From contig NW_026889796.1 in assembly GCF_033153115.1 (NCBI RefSeq), forward strand, positions 4,650,001-4,714,000: a stretch of DNA of 64,000 nucleotides, read 5' to 3'. The stretch comes from Saccostrea echinata (Eukaryota). Positions 13,017-25,429 of the stretch are shown here, piece after piece; the first letter of the stretch is position 1, and each line of letters begins with the position of its first letter. The notes below the pieces were generated by a model. That model did not search any database, had not been told where the DNA came from, and saw only the letters and a list, made by a program, of their open reading frames with translations. The translations under genes and the position numbers were made by a program.

Positions 13017-13798
13017 TTAACCTGAGAGGTTTAGGTTACCGTTCAGAAGGAATGGAGTGAGAGCTAACAGAGCTGAAACGTAGAGAATGAAAAATAATTA
13101 AAGATGAGGAACTGGCTAGCAGATTATCATAGCAGATTATTATGGGTGCCCGTAGATATTTTTTCATATCATAGAATGGATCTCTTCATTCAAGTAATCC
13201 AAGAAGTAAATTTTATATCCGTGTATATCATCTCTATAAAAAAATATTTTCATGAAATTTATTTTTATAAACACTCAAACTTATGAATGCATGTATTCTC
13301 AATCCTGAATTTTTCAATTTAGTCACAGAAGAATTTCTTACCAAGAAGAGCACCGTTTCCTCCGAAAACGCCCTCGTCCTGATTATCGGCTGCAATGCCC
13401 AAGCCAATTGGAAGAGGAGCGGGCTGGACAGGGGCGGCCACTGGGGTGGGAACTGCATATGGGACGTACACAGCGGTCTTGGATCTCTTGTGACCGTATC
13501 CATGTCCGCTTGATCCGTATCCAGATAATTTGTGTCCGTATCCACTCATTCCTGTGCCGTATCCACTCATTCCTGTGCTGTATCCACCCAGTCCTGTGCT
13601 GTATCCATATCCACTGTCATATCCACCAATTCCTCCGGAATATCCGGCAGCGTATCCAGTCTGGTCGTATCCACTTGTGTATCCGCTTGAGTATCCTGAT
13701 TGATCGTATGATCCGCCACTGGAATATCCGTATTCGGCGCGGACAAGTGCGACACCTAGAACCAAAAGGGCAGCGAGAGAGACAGCTGAGGAACGCAT
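13017..13798 (-). CDS. Secreted Gly/Tyr/Ser-rich protein, paralog B, join(13798..13342,13072..13017), 170 aa
   Basis: AG|ATG at 13798; donor G|GTAAG at 13342/13341; acceptor TTTCAG at 13073; last exon (A)LLALTPFLLNGNLNLSG*. Putative 3'UTR intron 12974-12834 and AATAAA at about 12765-12760. Confidence 0.9.
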
Positions 13799-13940
13799 CT
13801 GGAAACGAAAATCATAAATCAATAAAAACGAATATAATACAGGGAACGATATAATACATTAGAGAATAGTCAAGAGTTCCGCGCAACTCTTTTTTTAAAA
13901 ATTAAATTTATTTTGTCGGAGAAATTCACGACATATTTAC

Positions 13941-13994
13941 CTTGCAATCGAATGATCTGTGAAATGTTAGTAAAGTTGACTGTTTTTATATATA
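13941..13994 (-). promoter_or_regulatory. TATA box and non-coding exon 1 of paralog B
   Basis: TATATATAAAAA at 13994-13983; donor CAAG|GTAAAT at 13941/13940. Confidence 0.6.
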
Positions 13995-15310
13995 CCCTGA
14001 TATCCGACACCTTCACAGACGGGTTATGATTTGGCGCACAACGACAACACTGTTACCTGTTAATGTGGGACCTACCTCGTTAGTATTACGAAACAGGAAT
14101 ATGCTCAAGAGGAAGTAATAGCGGTCAAAAAGCTGTAAAATAAAAAAAAATGATTACTCCCCGACATGCGAAATTGTGTAAAGTATTATAAGTTAAAGAT
14201 AAAACTCTGCAATTTTAAGCACATATAACTTATTCATTCGTTTAAATAAAAAAGGTACAAAACTTGAAGTTTATACATGTATTTTCAATTAGATCTAACT
14301 GGAGCCCTGAAGCTGACTTTCATCTTCATTGTAAAAACATGTAGTCAAGCAGATATCTCCATAGAAGATAAGAATGTTTATCTGCAAGGACAAGTAGAGT
14401 TTGTAAAATTTGAATAAAAGTAATAAATGTGCTAAAATTGTAAATATCACCTCTAACCCTGTTCATACGTCTAATGTTTATTGTCAGTAAAATAGAATAT
14501 AATTACATGTACAATATAGAATTTTCATTAAAAAAATACTATAACATATAACATTTAAAATAGTTTTCAATTTGGAGGATTCCACTGGTAATAATTGATA
14601 AGCAAATAAAGGCATGTTTTATTTGATTAAAGTCCTGTGTATGTGTGTGTTCTATCCCCCATTTTGTATTAAATATTGGTTAATATTATTTTGTTTTGAA
14701 CATATTTAATTGTATTATATATACAAAAGCTTTGGATAGGAGTTCGATAATTTTCTTGCACATGTAATGTAATAACTTAAATAATTTAGTTACAATTAAA
14801 ACTATAAAGTTATACATATAATAATTTATATATTAATATAATGAATTTTAAATTTTCAATTCGAAATGATTTATGTAAGGATCTTCTATAAACATGTATA
14901 ATAAGTTTTAATTCTGAAGTATTTTAAATAGAATTAATTTGCCTTAGCATTTAAAATAAAATAAATTGAAATCTTCTTGTAAAGCACAATTCATGATTTT
15001 AATTGTAACCAATCATTTTATCAATCCAATATATTTACATTTACTTAACATGCATGCTTCTCAAAATTAAAGAAAGACACTCAAATTTCTGTTCATCAAT
15101 ACTTGGTACTTTTCCTATAAACAAAATTACACATCTTCAAATATAAGATATCCTAAAGTTTAACTGATACATGTACATGTAATCATTAACAAAATACTTT
15201 TCAATAAAAATATTATGTTTATTTGCAATTTTGTTTTTTTTTTCCAACAAGCCTTTTTTCGTATAAATTCAATTTTAAAAAATAATAAGAGAATTTTTAT
15301 AAGTAAAATT

Positions 15311-15365
<55 letters not shown>

Positions 15366-15750
15366 AACCAACCAAACAAACAAAAAACAGTAAGTACAAC
15401 GAAGACGTACATGCTTCTTAAATATAAGGTTTCTGTCTATTATTCTGATGAGCAGATATGTTTATGGTGAAACGTATATATACAGCCTTATATAGAAAAA
15501 TATTCTAATGATTGAATGTTTTGAAATGTAACTTTACATGCAAAGCCTGACAGAGATATCTCAAAATATATCAGTTGGCATGTACTAGTATTAAACACGA
15601 CGTGTAGTACTAAGTCTCGTGCAGTACTGTAACCGTGTCCTCTCAGGGCATAGAACACGTGTGTTATATAATTTGGTTTCTGCTTTTATTGAATGATGAA
15701 CAAAAATACTTGCATTCCACTCCTTTTTTGCATGTTAATAGGTATATTTT

Positions 15751-15785
<35 letters not shown>

Positions 15786-15796
15786 AGAGAGAGAGA

Positions 15797-16285
15797 GAGA
15801 TGTTTGTGAAACACTTATGCCCCTCCCCCCCCCCCCCCTCTGGACATAAATTATAGGGTCACAAGCCTTTATTATGGGAAGTGCAAATGGAAATGAATTT
15901 GACCTCTTGGACTTAAAATCTATCGGTACTATTTGAGATGCATCAACCAGAAATAGTCTTCTTCATCACATCTTTGGCAAAAACAAGTTTCTCATGATAT
16001 TTCAGTAATTTTAAAATTTGTTCAACCTTTGCAGAGGTTATGAACGGAAAGCAAATATTATTGGAATTGTTCTAAGTCCAAGGGGCATAACTTGACCTAG
16101 ATATTCTTATGATAACTCTGCATGTTTACCAAATTTCATTACAGCATGTGCAACCTCTGCGAAGAAAATGAACAGAAACTGTTGGTGGACCGACAGACAG
16201 ACAGACCGACCGACCGACCGACCAACAGACAGCAGCAAAGACATATATGTACGCCCTCCCTTCTTCGAACAGGGCATCAAAACCC
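15797..16285 (+). mobile_element. Helentron/HINE-like non-autonomous element
   Basis: Starts GATGTTTGTGAAACAC, as does the 27364 element; (GACA/GACC)n microsatellite, then a short hairpin (GCCCT...AGGGC) and an A-run. Confidence 0.55.
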
Positions 16286-16867
16286 AATTATGAGGGCGTT
16301 CTTGAATATTTGAGATACACTGTCCCAAGCAAGCGTGAAAATATATTAATATACCCTTAATGAATAACAGTTAAGTGCCCAAACGTGTAGATTAGAATTA
16401 CTGAAAGTCTTTCGTACAAGACACCGTGAAACTGGAATTTATTAAATGCAGAAGTGAGATAAGCCAAAAAACAAAACAAAAAAACAATTTGCCAGCGTTC
16501 GACGTCTTATGACGAATGTGTAAAATGTAGAGGCAACCAGGAATTACACGGAAAGTCTTTTCCTTGTAATTCCGAGACGCCTCTACATTTAACATAGTTA
16601 GAAATTGGCACTTCCGTTGCTTTCAGTTTCAGTGCTAGATACCGAGCACGGTTTGGTTTACTGCATGTTTTATACGGCAAGTTCAAATCGGCAGACGATT
16701 GAAGGGCGTTTATCAACTATTTTTGAAGCTAGCTCACCCGACATCGGTAGGAAAAGTGTAGATATTGATTAAAATCAAGTGTGAACCGACCCTCCCCCTT
16801 TGAAATCCAAGATGGCAATTGTCATGGGTATAGATTCTTGTAAGGGTTTGAGAAATTTGACTTCTCG

Positions 16868-17573
16868 CCCCAAGACCATAAACTGAGAACAGGCTTAATC
16901 CAAATTTTGATTTTTAATACATGTATCTTGAGTTTTATTTACTGTATTTGGTTAAAAAATTTGCAATTTTTATGACATTTAAATTCAAACAAACGTCATG
17001 ATGAAAATTTTGTTTGATTATCAAAATTATTTCAGAAAGTTATATTGGTTTGAAATTTTGACTTAAAGCTGAACATGACTCGTAAATAGGCATATGCCAT
17101 TTTCGATAATTACTATATAGCTACGATATCAGCACCGGGGTATAGCCTTCGCATTCGTTACATCTGGCTGCTTTATTGTCAAGGGCTTCGGCGTGGAATG
17201 GCGACACGTGTTCGTGCTGGTTATCTTATATTACCCATGTTTACATTTTAGTGCAGTTATACGTGTATTTGTGTTTGTTTGTATACTGCACTGACCTGTG
17301 CAACTGCTGTAAGTTGTTTGGTATATCTTACTCTTCTGTATTAGAAGAAGTACACAGTTATTTTTTTTTCGACACCAAGTGCTGTGTAGCATACGTCTGT
17401 CTACACCAATGACGACTGATTACACTGAACAGCGACTAAGTGAGCGGCTTTATATAGGGCCCTCAGATATATAGCGAGAAACCAATCGAATATGGCGGAC
17501 GGATTCCTTTTACGAAGCGTGTTCAGCTTTAAGTGACTAAAGTCTGTTCTCAGTTTATCAGTGGTCTTGGAGC
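16868..17573. mobile_element. TIR element carrying a nested TTAA-flanked element (17067-17528, Kolobok-like)
   Basis: Outer IR CCAAGACCATAAACTGAGAACAG / CTGTTCTCAGTTTATCAGTGGTCTTGG. Inner TTAA|AGCTGAACATGACTCGTAAA...TTTACGAAGCGTGTTCAGCT|TTAA. Confidence 0.65.
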
Positions 17574-17799
17574 CTGATGTGCATAAGACATAACTGTTTA
17601 CTTAACTGGCCTATAGTATGATAGCCAATCATAGTTCTTTGTTTTAATTCGAAGATCTATAATTATTAGTTACATAGTTTTGTAGTGCTCAGTACGGGAT
17701 CATACATGGTTAGTAAATTTTATACCTCTCGAGGCGAAGCCGTATCCGGTCATTTCAAAACTAGATTCAATGTACCGTACCCCACCGATGACATAATCA

Positions 17800-18337
17800 T
17801 ATAATTTAATTTTGTTTGTATTCTAGCCTCTGATTGGTTAATATCCAAAAAGGAACACAAATTATTTCTGTATAACCTGGTTTGGTATGGGGACACCCCC
17901 CCTTGACAACCAGCTGAATCATCTGTATTCATACAATCCTCTCATTTCCAGTCCTCGGGATTCATGGAAAATTCCAGATTTAAACCTTTAACTCCAAACA
18001 ATAATTCGATCTTACCACATGTAAACAAACAACAAGGAGCCCCATGTATCAGTTTTTACATCCCCTCGCTTCCCATCACTACCGTTACTACGATTGTATT
18101 ATTGAGCGGCAAATTTGAACTAATAAAAAGCAACGAAATTTTACACCCATAATTATTTAATGAATTTAAAATTATATTATAAGGAATGACTCTAGTTCTT
18201 GGCCAAATCATTCGTGTATAACCTGGTTTGGGTCAGCTTACGCTGTTTTATAATCCGCTTCGCGGATTATAAAGCGTAAACTGACCCAAACCAGGTTATA
18301 CTCGAATAATTTGACCAAGAATTAGAGTCATTCCTAA
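17800..18337. mobile_element. Non-autonomous element with ~155-bp terminal palindrome (Crypton-like architecture)
   Basis: CTCTGATTGG near the left end; hairpin 18182-18335 (AGGAATGACTCTA...TAGAGTCATTCCT) centred on TAATCCGCTTCGCGGATTA. Confidence 0.6.
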
Positions 18338-19080
18338 AATATATTCAGGTGTCTATGGTTTGTACAATTGCTTCTCCTCCTTAGGCCTATATGTTTCATC
18401 ACTCCCGTACAGTGCCTATTATGACGTCGCATTATATACGTAATATTGTTTTGTGAGTGAACATACAGACAGTTTTGAAGAAATTTTGTAAAGGGAGAAA
18501 AACTTTCATAATGTGTGCTTACTGACGTTGGTTAAATTTTTAATTGTCAACAGACATTCGGCAAGCCTCATATCCATTGACAATTAAAAAGATTAAGGAA
18601 TTCCGAGTTGTTTTAAAATAAGTGTTACAAAAGAACGATATCTCCAGTTGACCGTGTATTGATTTTTTAAAAGTATTATATTTTGAGTGTAGAAATTATC
18701 CAAGTTCTAGAAACAATCTTTTAATCCACATGTTTTTTGTCTGATGAATAAATTAATCACTCTTTTATTCATAAAATATGAATTCGATCGAACAATTATA
18801 AGGTGATGTGAATTTGCCTGTACAAAAATAACAATATCTTAAGTTTTGCTGCTGTCTATGAATTTATTGATGAAACTGGTAGATTTTACATTGCGATGTA
18901 TCTCAGTAACAGGATTTCACTTGTATAACTTTATTTTTCATTTATTTATTTTCCAATACCCTGATACCATGGATATTTGTCACATGATCATGCAGATGAT
19001 TTTTTTTAAAATCCCTTTTGTTTATTATCACAAAATTCATAATCCTATGATGACATTCATTTAAATTAGAAATAAATATC

Positions 19081-19548
19081 AACTAGAGGTACTGTGAGCA
19101 CAGAGCTCACAAAATGATATCCCCCGCCTCCCATATGAGTATAATGAAAAAGTTCATTTTTTGCTATGCAAAACCAAAAATATCTGTCCGATCAGAACAT
19201 AAAATAGAAGCTGCACAATTGCACTATGTAATAAAGATTCTTTAAAATTCTTACTTAATTTTACTCAGTGGTATAGAAGGAGTTGCTAATAAGGGATATA
19301 TGTAGGTACAACCATGTTATAGAAAGAATGGCAGTGCCGATGTCTTGCTATGGGAAACCCAAAATAACTGTCCAATCGAAAAGTAAAAAGAGGAAGTGCA
19401 CAATGATACTATGTAATAAAGAATCTATTAAAGTGTCAGTGCTAAAGGAGTTGTGTATGGGACAACCCGAAAATTACGGACGTGCGGAAGAACGGACACC
19501 TCCATCACTATATACCCCCGCTTTTCAAGCATAGGGGTGGGTTTAAAA
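19081..19548 (+). mobile_element. Degenerate HINE-like element
   Basis: AACTAGAG start with a small GTGAGC..GCTCAC hairpin; GGAC-type repeats and TATATACCCCC..GGGG end hairpin, as in the 27364 element. Confidence 0.4.
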
Positions 19549-20009
19549 TATGTAATAACATTATGTATCCCTTAAAGCAATTCAACCTGCTCTAGCTTAT
19601 TTTTAAAAAGAGCTTCCTGTTTACTATGTAATATGTATTATTCAATTCACAGATTTGCTGATTTTTCTCATGAATTCATTTTTTAAAAAGTAACAAAATC
19701 ATATATATTTACGGTGAATATTTCTATTTTTATTCCATATTTCTTAATTTGTATACAATAAAAATAGAACAAGATGCACATTGGATGGCTTGCTTCGCCT
19801 GCAAAAAGAAAAACGAGAATGAAAAAAATATACATTTTATAAAATTAAATGCATAATTATGAAGCTGATTTTATCGTTTATGAATGTAAGAATTCATCTT
19901 TTGACTTTCATCATTTAATCCTAAATTGTTTCAGGTTGACTGGCCATATTTTTCTTTAATATTTACCTTCAATGAGGATATATTTGGTAAGCTGATGAAC
20001 TCGTGAACT

Positions 20010-20782
20010 TTAACCGGAAGTGGCGGTGTTCTGGAGAAGCAGGGGCAACAAAACCAAAAGTACTGAAAAAAACAAAAGAAAATTGATTATTTTTTAAAGT
20101 TATTCGCATGTCAGAAGGTATTCATTCATTTACTTAAATTTTCTTACTAAAAAAAATTGTTTCTTTCGATCGCATTATCTAGAATTCGGAATCATTTTTA
20201 ATTTAAATATTTAAAGTTATTCGCATGTGTCAGGATGTTTTCATTTATTTAATTTATTTTTCTTACTAAAAGTTTTTTTTTTGCTTCGCATTCTTATACA
20301 GGGATTAACTAGAAACAGAATAATTATTATTTAAAACATGTTTTCTGTTGTTAAAAGCTGGTAATTTTCATTGATATGGATTTAAAAAAAAACTTACACA
20401 AAAGACCGGCGCCGTTTCCACCGAAAATTCCGTTATTCTGGGTCTGTGTGCTGCCAAGAGCCAGCTCCAAGGGAATAGAAGGGGCAACGGGGGGAGTCAC
20501 TGGGGTGGGAACAGCGTATGGGATGTACATAGCTTTGCCGGATTTTCCCATACGAGCGTATCCCATTCCGGATCCCATGACGTAACCCATTCCGGATCCC
20601 ACTCCCATGGCGTATCCAGTAGAGAGTGGTCCATAGCTGGGAGCGTATCCTCCAATGTAAATTAAACGATCGTCGTCAAATAAATCATCATCATATATAT
20701 CATCGAAATCCCAACCATTTTGGGCGTGGACTGCAGCCACAGAGACGAGAGCTAGAACGGCGAGTGTGACGAAAGAACGCAT
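20010..20782 (-). CDS. Secreted Asp-rich, Gly/Met/Tyr-rich protein, paralog C, join(20782..20398,20062..20010), 145 aa
   Basis: AG|ATG; signal peptide MRSFVTLAVLALVSVAAVHA; WDFDDIYDDDLFDDD; GSGMGY repeats; YIPYAVPTPV...GIFGGNGAGLL; phase-1 intron; last exon (L)LLVLLPLLLQNTATSG*. Exon-1 donor at 21001/21000; putative 3'UTR intron 19966-19799. Confidence 0.9.
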
Positions 20783-23531
20783 CTAAAAAAGATTAAGATA
20801 GATTTTGTTTTTGCAAAAAGAAAAAAAAATAAGTAAATAAATAAATAAATAAAATATACTTCAAGAGAATTTAAAACAAAAAGATTATTCTAACAAAAAC
20901 ATGATATGAATAAGAAATCAAAACTTTCAAAATTTAACCATATTAATAATGATTCTTGAGAATCATTGAAATAAAGGTAACTGGTAACTTGATCTTTTAC
21001 CTTGTAGTGCAAAAGTGTTTGTGGTAAATGAACTGAAAATCTTAAATTATATATGCAAAGAGAGTCATGGTCGACCACCTTCAAAACGTAATCCCACAGG
21101 TAATAGTCAGACAGAATTTACATAGATGTATATATGTACAGGTAATAAGCATGTGATCTCGGGTAACATGTCTCCTCTGAGGGCATTGGACACATGTATT
21201 ATATAAAATGTTCTGCTTTAATTTGTTTTGGTACATGAATTCCACTTCATAATATTGCATTTAATTTGTTTATCTCTTATATTTTATTTCAAATCTCATG
21301 GCATAAAACTATGAGGATGTGAATTTATTTAGAATACATGTAAAATAACAAAAGAAGATAGTCTAACCAATTTATTGAAACTATAATTTTTAATCCTAAA
21401 ATATTAGTATCTAGAAATCAGAAAATCGAGACAATTTGTGAGATTATTTTCTAGAATGACGCCCATACCCCATAATTGAAAGTTCGGAACAATCATTGCA
21501 ATTTGTTACTCTATACTAATATTTAAAAACTTTTTTAACAATAATTATTTCTTTTTCATTCGGTACATGTATCTGGCACTACAGCAAGCATTCTTAGAGT
21601 GTTTCATACATTTGTACATGTATATATAGTTATGGCCAGGATATCATTCAGATCGTTAATACCGATTTTGCCTTCTGCAATATACACTGATACTGACACT
21701 CATTTTTGAGAGAATATTTCGCACAGGTATGTGTAATCGTAAATTTCAAGCGGTACGATAAATGATTTTGAATTAATATGTATTTCCATATAACAGACCA
21801 TATACCACATCGTTAATAGAAAGATGTCGATTATACTTGAGTAGATTTTCAATAAATTGTATAATGTGTAGTCGAAACATTCATTTCCATTTTCAGTCGA
21901 CCGAGGACCAAATTTGAATGGAAAAAAAGTTGGAATCCGATCCGGTGCAAACATGGTTTACGGCCATGCTATTAAAAAAAACCCCAGAGAACTAAATTTT
22001 AATTAAATTTGTCTCTTTTTGTCAGTGTCAAATATTAAGGGATTTCTCCAGTTTTAAGGAATTGCAAGCGTCATAATTTATTGAATCAAGTTATGAAGTC
22101 GAAACGATAATTTTTTTTAAATGGACAGCTGTATACTAAGTCGAATATCTTAAGCTAAAAACTTTTTGTAAAACAAAACAGTACTATTAATCTATTAAAT
22201 CATGGGAAACGGAAAGTTCAGCAAATTTCTTAGATTCTACAAAATAAGCAGATGTTTTTATCGTAATTTGCATCATCTAGTTCGTAGAAGAAGATGGGCG
22301 AACAAGGCAAGCGAAATGCCTATAGTGTGACAAACATGAATGTGAAAAATTAAATCTCAATTATAACAAAATTTTCTTTGATATTTCATCTAACATTAAA
22401 GTAATACTTAATGTAAAATCTCCACAATTTGCAAAAATCTCACAGATTGAAATTATTTGCCTATGAAATAGTATACACACACTTAAGAGGGTTAAAAGAA
22501 TAATTCTGCTCGCCTTGTTAACCCAACTCCTTTATTTAAACAAGTCGTAAAAATTATATATCAGAGAAACATGTACACAGAGTGTGTTCACTTCCAATCC
22601 ATTAGAACCTAGGCAGTAATATAACACTTATTGGTGGAATGATGAGATATATGCTCGTGTGAATTATTCATAACTGAGAATATGTATGAAATACCATAGA
22701 AAAACTACCATTTTATTTCGAAATTTGCAAATTCTATTATATTTTACCTGTTCTGCACCACTCTTTGTTTTCAGCACTATATCTCTAAATATGGGAATCA
22801 TATGGAAGGAAAAACGTCATGGAGCTTGGAAAAGTTAACATTCTGATGCTGCACATTCAGATTTGGTCTACATTTTCAAAGTTCAGATTTTCATTTACTA
22901 TAAGCCTAATTATGTGCTTATAATTTGAGGTATGTTAATAAAATTCATAAGTATTGCTACGCTTCATATCAAACTGCATGTATTTTCAAACATCGCATGC
23001 ACTATTAGACAAGTAACTTTACCCTACGGCTTAAGATTAGTATTTCAATGTTAAATTATGCAAAATGTCAAAGCTCTATTTATACAAAGAACAAGAGCTA
23101 AAAAGCAGAATTTACTTATTTATTGAAGCTGATCTTGTTTACATATAGTACATGTATGTGCATGTACATGTACATAAAAGGACGTATACCATGCTACATT
23201 TTTAATTTAATTTGTAAGGACATATATTTTTTCTTCTTTTCTGATACGGGAAATTTTAGGTAACACTATGCTATCATACAACACCCTTGGTTAAATTTTT
23301 GCAACTTGCATACAGTCGATGCTTTCTGAAACATTTCTATTCGCGACTATGTCAAGGTATTGACAAATTAAAATATAGGTACATGTACATATTTCTATTT
23401 ATGAAATGATTTCAAGAGGTCTTATCACAAAGAATCTCTGAATTAAAATCGAGACAATGTCATACTAGATAACAACATTCACGAGGGTCAATCTAGGTTA
23501 AATACAACTGATTGGCGATATTTTGACCAGG

Positions 23532-25187
23532 ATGGGTTTTAAAGCGGAATTTTTACTTATTGCAGCCCGGAGGACCGGGCTGCTCTATACATATAAGTTT
23601 AAGTGTTGGTATATGGGGATTGAGGTGGGAGAAGTTATTCAGAATTAAAGGTTTTCTAAACATTAAAAAGATTGTTAATCAGAATGTTCTTTCCCTTTAT
23701 AAATTACGAGATACACAATATATTTACTTCCATAAAGTGAATCTGTAAAAATATATATGTTTTTCATATTTAATATATAAAGTTGCTTATCATTTACTAT
23801 CGAAAAAACGACAGGTCCCCTTTTTTAGAACATCGAATTTTACTTATCGCATAAAAACGTAAAAACGTACTTTACACAGTTCGTGTTTTATATTCTTAAA
23901 GTGAAAGACATTTTTGAAAATAGGTGATGCATGTGTCTGGTTTCAATTTATATTTTATGCAGCCAACATTTACTTGAGGAATTGATAAAGTTTAAAAGAT
24001 TATCGTTTTTGTTCGATTTTCATCCGACTATAGGTTTTCAAAATATTCTCGACTATCGTCTCCATCATTTAGACGCATGCCTTTTTCACACATATCGAAG
24101 CGATTTGATGATCAAGACTCATTTCCATTGTTTACTTTATTTATTTCCCGGGCGACAATTGATGGTTACATCAATGTTTTCTTGTTCTTTTTGTGATAAC
24201 CTTTGCGCAGTTTAAATCAATAGAATGTGAAGAAATCAATGCTTTCCTGTTGCAAATTATTGAAAAACACGAGCGAATAATTGCACGTCTTGAAGAGAAG
24301 ATAGATAAACAGGACAGACGAATTTTTGAGTTAGAGAAAAGTTGTGCGCCTCACTCACTTAAACTTTCAGATAAATTCCGTGATGATGCGAGTATTCATC
24401 GCAAAGTGCAATAGTGATGAATGGACCAGTGAAAGAGAGGGGATTCAAGAACAGTTTACTACAATCAGTGTCCCATAAGAATAAAACCAAAAGTATCGAA
24501 ACTTTGGAAAGCAACAAACAGCGGCCCCGAAGGTTACTTTTGGGTATGTCCACATACATGTATAGTGCATCAAAATATTAAGAACATTAAAACCCCCATC
24601 TCTTTCCTTCTCTCTCTCTCTCCCTCTCTCTCTCTCTGATCCTTGCCGTTTTCTAAACGCAAAGGCATATTTAAATTATCAAAAATGTTTAAAATGCATG
24701 CATTTTTAAATTTCTGTCGAAAGTATGAATATCAAAATTAATTATTTACATTTTTCCTTTACAGGGTCAACCACACCCCCCTCAGTCGAAGAATCTGAAG
24801 CCATAGGGTTTTATGCATATCTTGGAGCTCATGATTCCACACCTGCACCCAACAAAATGGTACTGTTTGATACTGTTAAAGCCAACGTCGGCAATGCTTA
24901 CAATCCCTTCAGCGGCGTCTTCACCGTTCCCAAGTCAGGGGTCTATGTCTTTTCGTAGACAATCGAATGTGATGGCGGTGGAAGCATTTTCACCAAAATA
25001 GTTAAAAATGCTGAAGATTTCGGTTCTATTGCATCCGATAGTAACCAGGAACCGGAGTATCGCATGTCCACGGACCGTGGCAAATAAAGGGGATATTGTT
25101 TTTGTTCGCGTCCATTCCGTTCACAGTTCCAGAATACACAGTTCTGATCAGGCACGATCTTCCTTCAGTGGATGGAAATTAAACTGA
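23532..25187 (+). pseudogene. C1q-domain-containing (C1qDC) pseudogene, paralog of 31529..32527
   Basis: Same two-exon structure (donor 24543/24544, acceptor 24764/24765). Lesions: 631-bp insertion in the signal peptide, frameshift near 24390, TGG>TAG at 24956, and a ~10-nt deletion near 25073. Confidence 0.9.
23559..24189 (-). mobile_element. 631-bp insertion, inverted copy of 46190..46820
   Basis: Reverse complement of 46190-46820, with about ten substitutions and one indel by eye. Terminal hairpin GCAGCCCGG-AGGA-CCGGGCTGC; CTT at both junctions. Confidence 0.9.
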
Positions 25188-25429
25188 TGAAAATATGAAA
25201 GTTTTTTTTTGTTGGATAATTTTTGCAAAACAATATTTCAAGTTACTTTTATTTGCAATAATAAAAAAATTGGCTCTAACGGTGTTATGTAGTTTTCCTC
25301 TTCGATTTATCGGATTCTGATTGGAATGTCAAGATAACTGTTTTATACTGATGATCTTTTCATAATCATCTCTGGAGAAGGGCGTTTCTACAGACATGTA
25401 CGTCCTTCTTGTAAAACTAAGTAAATATA

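Noticed and set aside
15440-15485. CTGATGAG...GAAAC hammerhead-like core
   Set aside because: Stems I and II do not pair convincingly and there is no clear cleavage triplet; an Infernal search would be needed.
23931-24215. Similar 94-aa and 104-aa ORFs (23931 + and 46131 -)
   Set aside because: Incidental frames inside the duplicated 631-bp non-coding unit, with no recognisable domain.
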